NCBI GenBank assembly: GCA_964481675.1
Contig: CAYZVY010000002.1
Location: 1 to 58,144 of the forward strand
Direction: 5' to 3'
Length of the DNA: 58,144 nt
From: an uncultured Verrucomicrobiota bacterium
GTDB lineage: Bacteria; Verrucomicrobiota; Kiritimatiellia; CAIKKV01
The stretch's first letter is position 1. Every line of letters begins with the position of its first letter. The position numbers and the translations under genes were made by a program. This document shows positions 8,654 to 16,773 of the stretch, one piece after another. The notes under the pieces were generated by a model that worked only from the letters and a program-made list of their open reading frames with translations, searched no databases and was not told the DNA's origin.

Positions 8654-10449
8654 ATCTGGTACTCCAGGATGATGTTCTTCCGCTTCAACAGGGCGCAGGC
8701 CTTGTCAACCCCCTGCTCCAGCCCGGCGGCGGGATCGAGCAGCAGGCTGGGCTTGAAACCGTTAAACGAGTTGTGTCCCAGGTGCACGGTCAGGATGTCG
8801 TAGGGGCTGTTCAGCAGCTCCAGCGCCCGCAGGTCGTATTCGTCGGCGTCGGAAAGGGCCGTGATGAAGATCTGTCCTGAATCCGTCAGGATCCGCGCCA
8901 GTTCCCCCAGCCGCCGGACCGTCTCCTCACGCCGTTCGTCCGCCTGCCGCAGGTCGGCGTCCAATCCGCGCCCCATGTTCTCCAGTCCCAGGAAGAAGGC
9001 CTTGAACCCCGTCTGGAACAGCTTTCGCTCCAGTTCGCGGCCGTAGGCCTCGCCATCCGCGGCGTCGGCGCTGGTAAAGACCACAAAGGCGGCGCCATGA
9101 CCATAGGCGGCAAACCGGTCCGCGCGGGACAGGGCGCTGTTCTTCCATCCGATTTCCCGATTGCGAATGTGGTCCTGGAGGGTCGATTCCCGGGTCGCCT
9201 CGGCCGCCAGGATGATCCCGGCGCCGGCGATCTCGAAATGATCCACAATCACCAGCCGGCCGGTCTGCTCGATATCACCGACGACGTCGAACGCGACAGG
9301 CTTGGGCGTTTCGAGGATCACCTCCGCCACGTCATGCCGGTCCACCTGCTGCTTGTTGACCACCGTGCCGAGCTCGGTGGCGTCCAGCACGGCCAGCACC
9401 TCGACCAGCTTCACGGGGCTCCGCAGGGCGCCCAGCTTGAGCTTGTAGGTTTTCTCCCGGATCATCGGCGCGCGGCCCATCCAGAAGACGTTGACGCGAA
9501 ACCGCGTGCCGGTCTGGAGCGGGGTCTCCCCCGCCTTGACCATCCACTCGCCGGGCTTGATGTAGAGCTGCGTCTCGAGCGTGAATCCGGGCGCCTCGCC
9601 GGCGCCCGAGGTTGTTTTGACGGGGCCGTTGAAGTATTCGATCGTCCGGATGCGCGACAATTTCCCGGAAGGCTGGAACACCACGGCATCGCCCGCGGCG
9701 ATTTCACCCGTTTCGATGGTGCCCGCCACGATGCGGCGCTCGTCCCCCTGCTCCGTGAACTTGTAGACGTCCTGGACCGGAAGCCGGAACGGCAGCTCGC
9801 GAGGATAGGCCTTGTGACGGAAGGCGTCGATCTGCTCGAGCACCGTGGGGCCCTCGTACCAGGCCGTTTCGGCGCCCCGGGCCGCGATGTTGACGCCGTC
9901 CCGGCCGCTGACAGGGATGAACGCCACGGGCTCGATGCCGAGGCGGCCCAGGAAGCCGGTGTATTCCGCGCGAAGCGCCTCGAACGCCTCGCGGCTGTAG
10001 CCGACCAGGTCCATCTTGTTCACGAGCACGGCCAGCTGGCGCAGCCCGAGCATGGAGAGCATATAGCCGTGGCGCTTGGTGTTCTCGCGGATGCCCTCTT
10101 TCGCGTCGATCACCAGCAGCGCGGCTTCGGCGCGGGACGCGCCCGTGATCATGTTCTTCAGGAACTCGATATGGCCGGGCGCGTCGATCAGGATATACCG
10201 CCTCTTGGCGGTCCTGAAAAAGCAGCGGGCCGCATCGATGGTGATGCCCTGGGCCTGCTCGTCCTTGAGCGCGTCCAGCAAAAAGGCGTATTCGAAGGGC
10301 CGGGCATTCCGGCGGCACATCGCCTGGACCTGTTCGAGCTTGCCCTTGGGAAGCGCGCCGGTTTCGGCCAGAAGGCGGCCGATCACGGTGCTCTTGCCGT
10401 GGTCCACGTGGCCCGCCATCACGATGGAAATCTGTTCGTTCCCGTCCAT
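8650..10449 (-). CDS. cysN: Sulfate adenylyltransferase subunit 1 (CysN GTPase) fused to a degenerate APS-kinase-like C-terminal domain
   Basis: The track ORF 8650..10812 is trimmed to ATG 10449 ([21 protein letters not shown]). G motifs are GHVDHGKST, DAPGH and NKMD. The last ~159 aa align to CysC, but the P-loop reads TSADAADGE. TAATG junction with cysD. Confidence 0.85.
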   Translation of the reverse strand: MDGNEQISIVMAGHVDHGKSTVIGRLLAETGALPKGKLEQVQAMCRRNARPFEYAFLLDALKDEQAQGITIDAARCFFRTAKRRYILIDAPGHIEFLKNMITGASRAEAALLVIDAKEGIRENTKRHGYMLSMLGLRQLAVLVNKMDLVGYSREAFEALRAEYTGFLGRLGIEPVAFIPVSGRDGVNIAARGAETAWYEGPTVLEQIDAFRHKAYPRELPFRLPVQDVYKFTEQGDERRIVAGTIETGEIAAGDAVVFQPSGKLSRIRTIEYFNGPVKTTSGAGEAPGFTLETQLYIKPGEWMVKAGETPLQTGTRFRVNVFWMGRAPMIREKTYKLKLGALRSPVKLVEVLAVLDATELGTVVNKQQVDRHDVAEVILETPKPVAFDVVGDIEQTGRLVIVDHFEIAGAGIILAAEATRESTLQDHIRNREIGWKNSALSRADRFAAYGHGAAFVVFTSADAADGEAYGRELERKLFQTGFKAFFLGLENMGRGLDADLRQADERREETVRRLGELARILTDSGQIFITALSDADEYDLRALELLNSPYDILTVHLGHNSFNGFKPSLLLDPAAGLEQGVDKACALLKRKNIILEYQI

Positions 10450-11330
10450 TACATGTATCCTCCGCGACGCAGGGTCTCCAGACCGCCGCCGTCTTCCTTG
10501 TCCTGCTCGCGCCCCGACCGCTCCGCGATGTCGGCGAATTTTCCGCTCCTCAATTCGGCAATGATCTCGGAAACCGTGCGGGCCTCCGACTCCACCGGGC
10601 TGGTGCAGGGATGGCAGCCCAGGGAGCGGTAGCGCCGCCCGTCGCCCCGGTTGAAATAGAGGGAGATCACCGGAATCGACTCGCGCTCGATATATTCCCA
10701 GATGTTCAGCTCGGTCCAGTCCAGCAGCGGATGGACGCGCACATGCGTGCCCGGCGCGAAATCCGTCTTGTACTGCTTCCAGAGCTCCGGGGGCTGATCG
10801 CCCACATCCCACTCGCTCGCCTTGTCGCGGGCCGAGAAATACCGCTCCTTCGACCGGCTGCCCTCCTCATCGGCCCGGGCGCCCACAATGGCCCCCGTGA
10901 ACGGCTCGGGCTTCGCGTCGGGAACCAGCAGGCCGCTCGCGTGATCGAGCCTCAGCCGGGGCCATTCGCCCGACAGGGTGTGCTTCAGCGCCTCGCTCTT
11001 CAGCGCGCGGCAGCATTCCACCCGGGAGACCGCGCCGTCCGGAAAGGTCCGCTTGCCCTCCAGCGCGGCGCGGTTGCGACCGACGATCAGGTCCAGCCGC
11101 CAATCCCGGGCCATGCGGTCGCGGTAGGCGATCATCTCGGGGATCTTGTAGTCGGTATCGATGTGCATGAGAGGAAACGGCACGTGGCCGAAGAAGGCCT
11201 TGCGCGCCAGCCACAGGAGCACCGTGCTGTCCTTGCCGATCGACCACAGCATCACGAGGCTCTTGAATTCGCGATAGGCCTCGCGCAGGATGTGGACGCC
11301 GGTGGCTTCGAGTTTGTCAAGATGGTTCAT
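10449..11330 (-). CDS. cysD: Sulfate adenylyltransferase subunit 2
   Basis: 293 aa. [20 protein letters not shown] is the PAPS-reductase-fold PP-loop, and the length and sequence are typical of CysD. Confidence 0.9.
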   Translation of the reverse strand: MNHLDKLEATGVHILREAYREFKSLVMLWSIGKDSTVLLWLARKAFFGHVPFPLMHIDTDYKIPEMIAYRDRMARDWRLDLIVGRNRAALEGKRTFPDGAVSRVECCRALKSEALKHTLSGEWPRLRLDHASGLLVPDAKPEPFTGAIVGARADEEGSRSKERYFSARDKASEWDVGDQPPELWKQYKTDFAPGTHVRVHPLLDWTELNIWEYIERESIPVISLYFNRGDGRRYRSLGCHPCTSPVESEARTVSEIIAELRSGKFADIAERSGREQDKEDGGGLETLRRGGYM

Positions 11331-11346
11331 CGGGTTGTTCCGTTTT

Positions 11347-12060
11347 TCAAATGGTCCAGTTTCCGCCGTGCAGGCCGCACTCCTTGTGGCCCTCCTGCTC
11401 CCACCACCAGCGGCCCGACCGGGAATCGGCGCCGGGTTCGACGGGCCGGGTGCAGCAGGCGCACCCGATGGAGAGATAGCCTTCGTCGAGCAGACGGTTG
11501 TAGGGCAAACGATGGGCCTTCAGGTAGTGCCGGACCTCATCGGACGACCAGTCGGCCAGGGGGTTGATCTTCCACAGGCCGCCGTGGGCGTGGTCGCGCT
11601 CGATTTTCTCGAGGGTTCCCCGTGAGGAGCTTTCCTCGCGCCGCTGACCCGTGATCCAGGCATCCAATCCCGACAAGGCGCGGCCCAGCGGCTCCACTTT
11701 CCGGATCCGGCAGCAGGCCTGCCGTTCGCCCAGGCTGTTTTTGAAGGAATAGGGACCCTGCTCGGTCTCCAGTTTCTCAACGGCCTCATGCCGGGGAAAA
11801 TACCATTCGATGCGAATGCCCAGCCGCGTACGGATCTCCTCCGCGCAGGCATAGGCGGATTCGGGCAACCGGCCGGTATCGATGGAAAAGACGCGGACGC
11901 CGGGGCAGATGGCGGCGGCCATGTGGATGAGAACGGCGTCCTGCAGGCTGCTGGCTACGGCAATCCGGGGATTGAACCGGTCCAGCGCCCACCGGAGAAC
12001 GTCCTCGGCCGTTCCCTTGGCTACCTCCTCCACACGCTCATTCTCAATCGCTGTCAACAT
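11347..12060 (-). CDS. cysH: Adenylylsulfate (APS) reductase, thioredoxin-dependent, Fe-S type
   Basis: The ORF 11347..12084 opens with TTG; I prefer the in-frame ATG at 12060. It has the cysteine pairs CC (QACCRIRK) and CxxC (SIGCACCT) typical of the Fe-S-containing APS-reducing clade, plus the C-terminal ECGLH motif. Confidence 0.8.
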   Translation of the reverse strand: MLTAIENERVEEVAKGTAEDVLRWALDRFNPRIAVASSLQDAVLIHMAAAICPGVRVFSIDTGRLPESAYACAEEIRTRLGIRIEWYFPRHEAVEKLETEQGPYSFKNSLGERQACCRIRKVEPLGRALSGLDAWITGQRREESSSRGTLEKIERDHAHGGLWKINPLADWSSDEVRHYLKAHRLPYNRLLDEGYLSIGCACCTRPVEPGADSRSGRWWWEQEGHKECGLHGGNWTI

Positions 12061-12090
12061 GGCTGCCTTCGCTTTCCCGATCAAATACTC

Positions 12091-12112
12091 GATAACATTA
12101 TTATGTTGATCA
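12091..12112. promoter_or_regulatory. Imperfect inverted repeat in the AT-rich divergent control region between the sulfur and tetrapyrrole operons (candidate operator)
   Basis: GATAACAT-TATT-ATGTTGATC read directly. It lies in the only AT-rich stretch (12085-12185) between two divergent operons. Confidence 0.3.
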
Positions 12113-12185
12113 AGTTACTAATGTATTGCATGATATGCGGCAAGTCAAGGGACTGGTGAATTTTTTAAAGTTTACGGAAAAGCGA

Positions 12186-13676
12186 ATGAGTGTCGAAAAT
12201 CAAGCGGAGATCGCGACTGTTTTTCCGGTCGCGCTGATGCCGGCCGGCCGGAAAGGTGTGGTGGTCGGCGCCGGAAAGGCGGGCTCGCGCAAGGCGCTGG
12301 CCCTGCTCGATGCGGGCGCCCGGGTCACCGTCGTCGCCCCCGAAGCCCATCCGGATGTCCGCCAGAAGGCCGATGCCGGCGCCCTGACCTGGATGCCTCG
12401 CCCCTTTCAGCCGGACGATGCCGATGGCGCCCTCGTCGTCTTTGCCGCCACCGACAACGTCGCCCTCAACCAGGACATCCTCGCCGCCTGCCGCGCCCGG
12501 GGCGTCCTGTGCGGAATCGTCGACCACGGCTGGCGGCACGGCGACTTCATCTCCCCCGCCATCCTGAAGCGGGACGACGGCCTGACCGTGGCCGTCTCCA
12601 CGGGCGGACGCTCCTGCCGCCGCTCCCGCATGATCCGCGACAGCATCGGCCGCCACATCCAGGCCGTGGAAGGCGCCGTCCCCGTCGTCATCGGAACCAG
12701 CCATGCCTGCCTGGCCCTCGACAAACGGGAATCCCTGGCCTTGACGGGCGCCAGGCTCGACTCCGCCGCCGGCATGCTGCGGCAGATCCGGGGCGTCCAC
12801 GAGTTCGTGCTGCTCAACACCTGCAACCGCATCGAGTGCCACGCCGTCATGTCCCCGGAACCGGAAACGGAACAACTCGTCAGGCGCATCCTCGGATTCG
12901 AGTCGCTCGCCCCCGGTGAAAGCTACGCGCTGCGGGGCTTCGACGCGTTTCATCACACCGCCTTGCTCCTCGCCGGGCTGCGCTCGCAAACCGCCGGCGA
13001 ATCCCCCATCGTCGCCCAGGCCAAGACCGCTTACGCCGATGCCGGCCGCGCCGGCTGGTCCGGCGGCATGATGGACGAATGGCTCGCCTCCTCCCTCCAC
13101 ATCGCCAAAGCCATCCGGTCCGCCTCCCCCGCCCGGCCAACCGAGTTGGAGGAGCGCGTCCTGGATCACCTGGCCGCCGCCGTACCCGGCGCCCTGGAAC
13201 AGGGGCTCACCCTCATCGGGACCGGCACGCTGGGCCGGGCTGTCCTGGACACGTTCCTGGCACGCCATCCCGCCGGCCGCGCCACCTGGATCTTTCACCG
13301 GCAGAAGCCGGCGCTTCCCCCGTCGGATAACGGCCGGATCGACGTGCGGTGCCTCGATGAACTGGACCGCCTGCTTCCCCGCGCCCACGCCATCGTGTGC
13401 GCCGTCGCCAGCCCGGAACCCGTTCTTTCCCTGCGCCACGCCGCCCTGTTCCCTCCAGGTCAAGCCGTTCCGATTGTCGACCTCGGCATGCCCCGCAATG
13501 TCGACCCCGCGCTTGCCGGTGCCGGCATCCGGCTGACCGACCTTGACGCACTCAAGCGCCTGGATCGGCAGGATCCCGCCATCCTCGCGGGGCGGATCGA
13601 AGCCGGCTCCCGGCTGGCGGCGGAGCACCGGGATCTCTACGACAAACTGATGCGCGGCCTCCGCCAACCGGACTGA
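12186..13676 (+). CDS. hemA: Fusion: siroheme-synthase N-terminal domain (precorrin-2 dehydrogenase/ferrochelatase, SirC/CysG-N-like) + glutamyl-tRNA reductase
   Basis: N-terminal part: GRKGVVVGAGKAGSRKALALLDAGARVTVVAPE (Rossmann) and VAVSTGGRSCRRS. HemA part: EFVLLNTCNRIECHAV (catalytic Cys) and LIGTGTLGRAV (NADPH site). The start is uncertain (12126 in the track; MSVENQ at 12186 preferred). Confidence 0.8.
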   Translation: MSVENQAEIATVFPVALMPAGRKGVVVGAGKAGSRKALALLDAGARVTVVAPEAHPDVRQKADAGALTWMPRPFQPDDADGALVVFAATDNVALNQDILAACRARGVLCGIVDHGWRHGDFISPAILKRDDGLTVAVSTGGRSCRRSRMIRDSIGRHIQAVEGAVPVVIGTSHACLALDKRESLALTGARLDSAAGMLRQIRGVHEFVLLNTCNRIECHAVMSPEPETEQLVRRILGFESLAPGESYALRGFDAFHHTALLLAGLRSQTAGESPIVAQAKTAYADAGRAGWSGGMMDEWLASSLHIAKAIRSASPARPTELEERVLDHLAAAVPGALEQGLTLIGTGTLGRAVLDTFLARHPAGRATWIFHRQKPALPPSDNGRIDVRCLDELDRLLPRAHAIVCAVASPEPVLSLRHAALFPPGQAVPIVDLGMPRNVDPALAGAGIRLTDLDALKRLDRQDPAILAGRIEAGSRLAAEHRDLYDKLMRGLRQPD

Positions 13677-13678
13677 TC

Positions 13679-15790
13679 ATGCCACTAACAATCAAAATAG
13701 GAACACGCGACAGTCGCCTGGCCCGCCTCCAGACGGACGCGGCGGTTTCACGCCTGCGCCGGCTGTTGCCGGCCCTGGCGGTCGAGACGGTTTTCCTCTC
13801 CTCGCCGGGCGACCGCGACCGGGCGCTGGATCTCCGGGACAGCCCGCCCGACTTCTTCACGCGCGACCTCGACCAGGCCGTTCTCGGCGGCCGCCTGGAC
13901 GCCGCCCTCCACAGCGCCAAGGACGTGCCGGACCCGGTCCCGGACGGGCTCGACTGGGTCTGGCTCCCCTGGCGCGAGGATCCCCGCGACGCGCTGGTGC
14001 TCGCGGCCGGACGGTCCCTTGCCGACCTGCCCGCCGCGCCCCGCATTGGAATCAGCAGCGACCGCCGCGACGCCTGGTGCCGCTCCCGTTTTCCCGCCTG
14101 CCAGCCGCTCCCGATCCGCGGCAACATCGAAGACCGGCTCGCCCAGGTCGATACCGGACACTACGACGGGGTCGTCATGGCGGCGGCCGCGCTGATCCGG
14201 CTCGGGCTGGAAGCCCGCATCACCGAGTGGATCCCCTGCTCCGGCTCCGCCGTGCCAGACGGCCAGGGCTCGCTGGCCCTGACCTTCCGCTCGGACGACC
14301 GGCGCTTCCTCCGGCTGCGCAGCCTGTTCGTGAAACCGGTCGTCTTTGTCGGAGCCGGCTGCGGCCGGGCCGACGCCTGCACGCTTGCCGGCCTGGACGC
14401 CCTGAAGCACGCCGAGGTTTGTCTGCACGATGCCCTGCTCGATCCGGCCCTGCTGGACTACCTGCCGCCGGAGGCGATCCGCCTGGATGTCGGCAAACGG
14501 GCCGGAGCCCACCGGGCCACGCAGGATGACATCAATCGCCTGCTGGCGCGCCATGCGCGCCGCGGTCGGCGGGTCGTCCGCCTGAAGGGGGGCGATCCGG
14601 GCCTTTTCGGCCGCCTGGCCGAGGAAGTGGAATCGCTCGACACCCTCCATCTGCCCTGCCGGGTCATCCCGGGCGTCAGCAGCCTCCAGGCGGCCACCAC
14701 GGGAACGGGCATGCTGCTGACGCGGCGTGGCGTTTCGAACGGATTCACCGTCCTCGCGCCCGGCCGGACGGAGGAAGCCGGATTGCGGATCGACGGCGCC
14801 GCGCGCCAATCGCTTCCCCTGGCCTTCTTCATGGGAGTCGGCCTGCTCAAGGAAATCGCCGCCCAATTGCTTTCGGAAGGGTTGCCGCCTTCTACGCCGG
14901 CGGCCGTGGTGTTCGATGCCGGCTCCGGCGATGAAACCATCATCCGGTCCACGCTACGGGAGCTGCCCGGCCGCGTGCCGGCCACGGACCGGCCCGGGCT
15001 GATCCTGGTCGGCGACCTGGCCGACCGGCAACTTCACCCCGAATGGGGCGCCCTGTCAGGCCGCCGCGTGCTGCTGCCCTGCAGCGAGGCGCTCCAGGAA
15101 AAGGCGATCCGCTCCGTGCGCGATGGCGGCGGCATTCCGGTTCCCCTGCCGCTCGTCAAGACGGTCCTGCTGCCGTCAAGCCTGCCCGTTTTGAAAACCC
15201 TCCGCGACCACGACTGGATGGCCGTCACCTCGCCCTCCTCCGCCCGGCTGCTGATGCAGGGCCTGGCGCGGGCGGGCGCCGACGTGCGGTCGATTCCCCG
15301 CATCCTGGCGGCCGGGCCCGGAACCGCCGACGCGCTCACCGCCTTCGGCCTCATCGCGGACGCCGTCCCCGAAACGGATTTCGGGGCCGTGGGCGCGGCC
15401 GCCGCGGCCGCGCGGAGCATCCCCGCCGGCAGCCGCCTCCTGCGGCTGCGGTCGCGGGAAGCGGGACCGGAACTGGCGGAGCAGCTGGGCGCCCTGGGCC
15501 TGGCGGTTACCGACTGCATCCTTTACGAACAGGAACCGGTGACGCCCGAACGGGTGCCGCCGTTCGACGCCGCCTTCTTCGCCAGCGCCTCGGCGGTGCA
15601 TGCTTATTTTGCTCTCGGAAACGCCGTCCCACTGGACGGCCGATCGGTCGTGGCCATGGGGCGTCCGACCGTGCGGGCGCTTGAAGAACACGGCATCGGC
15701 GGTGTGCTGACGCCGGCAGAACCGTCCGTGGAAGGCGCGCTGCAAGCCCTGGCGGCCGCCCGCATACAGGAAGGATGGGCGACATCATGA
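13679..15790 (+). CDS. Triple fusion: HemC-like (porphobilinogen deaminase domains 1-2) + uroporphyrinogen-III C-methyltransferase + uroporphyrinogen-III synthase
   Basis: 703 aa. HemC motifs: IGTRDSRLA, HSAKDVP, REDPRDA, SSDRR, IRGNIEDRL, PDGQGSLAL. SUMT motifs: VVFVGAGCGRAD, LKGGDPGLFGR, VIPGVSS. The C-terminal ~240 aa are HemD-like. Confidence 0.8.
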   Translation: MPLTIKIGTRDSRLARLQTDAAVSRLRRLLPALAVETVFLSSPGDRDRALDLRDSPPDFFTRDLDQAVLGGRLDAALHSAKDVPDPVPDGLDWVWLPWREDPRDALVLAAGRSLADLPAAPRIGISSDRRDAWCRSRFPACQPLPIRGNIEDRLAQVDTGHYDGVVMAAAALIRLGLEARITEWIPCSGSAVPDGQGSLALTFRSDDRRFLRLRSLFVKPVVFVGAGCGRADACTLAGLDALKHAEVCLHDALLDPALLDYLPPEAIRLDVGKRAGAHRATQDDINRLLARHARRGRRVVRLKGGDPGLFGRLAEEVESLDTLHLPCRVIPGVSSLQAATTGTGMLLTRRGVSNGFTVLAPGRTEEAGLRIDGAARQSLPLAFFMGVGLLKEIAAQLLSEGLPPSTPAAVVFDAGSGDETIIRSTLRELPGRVPATDRPGLILVGDLADRQLHPEWGALSGRRVLLPCSEALQEKAIRSVRDGGGIPVPLPLVKTVLLPSSLPVLKTLRDHDWMAVTSPSSARLLMQGLARAGADVRSIPRILAAGPGTADALTAFGLIADAVPETDFGAVGAAAAAARSIPAGSRLLRLRSREAGPELAEQLGALGLAVTDCILYEQEPVTPERVPPFDAAFFASASAVHAYFALGNAVPLDGRSVVAMGRPTVRALEEHGIGGVLTPAEPSVEGALQALAAARIQEGWATS

Positions 15791-16773
15791 GCGGATATCC
15801 CGACGTTCGTCTGCGCCGGCTGAGGCAGACCCCCTCGCGGCGGCGGCTGTTCGACGCCCCCCTGCCGGGGCCCTCCAAGTTCATCTGGCCCGTATTCGTC
15901 AAGGCGGGACACAACCTCCGCGAGCCCATCGACGCCATGCCCGGGCAGTTCCGGCTCTCGCCCGACACGCTGCTCAGGGACCTGGAGCCCGTGGTTGCCG
16001 ACGGCATCGGCGGCCTGCTAATTTTCGGGCTTCCCCGGCCCGACGAAAAAGATGAAAAAGGGACAGCGGCAGCCCATGACGACGGCATCGTGCAGCAGGC
16101 CGTGACCGCCGTGAAGCGGGCTTATCCGGACCTGGTGGTCGCCACCGACGTCTGCCTCTGCGCCTACACCGCCCATGGCCACTGCGGCCCGCTGGATAGC
16201 CGGGGCCGGGTGGACAACGACGGGACCCTCGCCATGCTGGCGCAGGTTGCGGTTTCGCACGCCGCGGCCGGGGCCGACATGGTGGCCCCCAGCGCCATGA
16301 TGGACGGCCAGGTGGCGGCGCTCCGCAGGGCGCTGGACGGCCAGGGGCTCGCGGACACCCTTCTGATGAGCTATTCCACGAAATTCGCCTCGGGCCTGTA
16401 CGGCCCGTTCCGGGAGGCGGAGCAGTCCGCGCCCGGGCAGGGCGACCGCAAGGGCTACCAGGCCTCCTGCGCCGACGCCCGGACCGCACTCCGTGAATCC
16501 GCGCTCGACGAGGCCGAAGGCGCCGACATCCTGATGGTAAAGCCCGCCCTCTACTATCTGGACGTCGTGGCCAAGCTGCGGGAGCGGACCGACCTGCCGC
16601 TGGCGGTCTACCAGGTCAGCGGCGAATACGCCATGGCCATCGCGGCCGCGGAGCGGGGCTGGGCCGACCTGAAATCGGTGGTGCGGGAGTCGGTGATGGG
16701 CATCTCGCGCGCGGGGGCCGACCTGATCATCAGCTACTGGGCGGGACGCTATCGGGAGATCTTCCATGACTGA
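15787..16773 (+). CDS. hemB: Porphobilinogen synthase (delta-aminolevulinate dehydratase), Zn-type
   Basis: RLRRLRQTP, the Zn-cysteine motif DVCLCAYTAHGHCG, and the active-site lysine region ILMVKPAL. ATG 15787 forms an ATGA overlap with the preceding stop (the track start 15775 is less likely). Confidence 0.9.
   Translation: MSGYPDVRLRRLRQTPSRRRLFDAPLPGPSKFIWPVFVKAGHNLREPIDAMPGQFRLSPDTLLRDLEPVVADGIGGLLIFGLPRPDEKDEKGTAAAHDDGIVQQAVTAVKRAYPDLVVATDVCLCAYTAHGHCGPLDSRGRVDNDGTLAMLAQVAVSHAAAGADMVAPSAMMDGQVAALRRALDGQGLADTLLMSYSTKFASGLYGPFREAEQSAPGQGDRKGYQASCADARTALRESALDEAEGADILMVKPALYYLDVVAKLRERTDLPLAVYQVSGEYAMAIAAAERGWADLKSVVRESVMGISRAGADLIISYWAGRYREIFHD

Noticed and set aside
8650-9129. Possibility that the degenerate APS-kinase tail marks cysN as a pseudogene
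   Set aside because: The reading frame is intact through to an ATGA-coupled stop, and the non-catalytic parts of the fold are well conserved. I interpret it as a retained non-catalytic domain.
10450-10812. 121-codon N-terminal extension of cysN in the track ORF 8650..10812
   Set aside because: The extension overlaps the 3-prime end of cysD in another frame and is Arg/Gly-rich. The GTPase domain begins right after the internal ATG at 10449, which forms a TAATG junction with cysD.
12165-13667. 500-aa minus-strand ORF
   Set aside because: It is antisense to the SirC-HemA fusion, which carries clear HemA catalytic and NADPH motifs.
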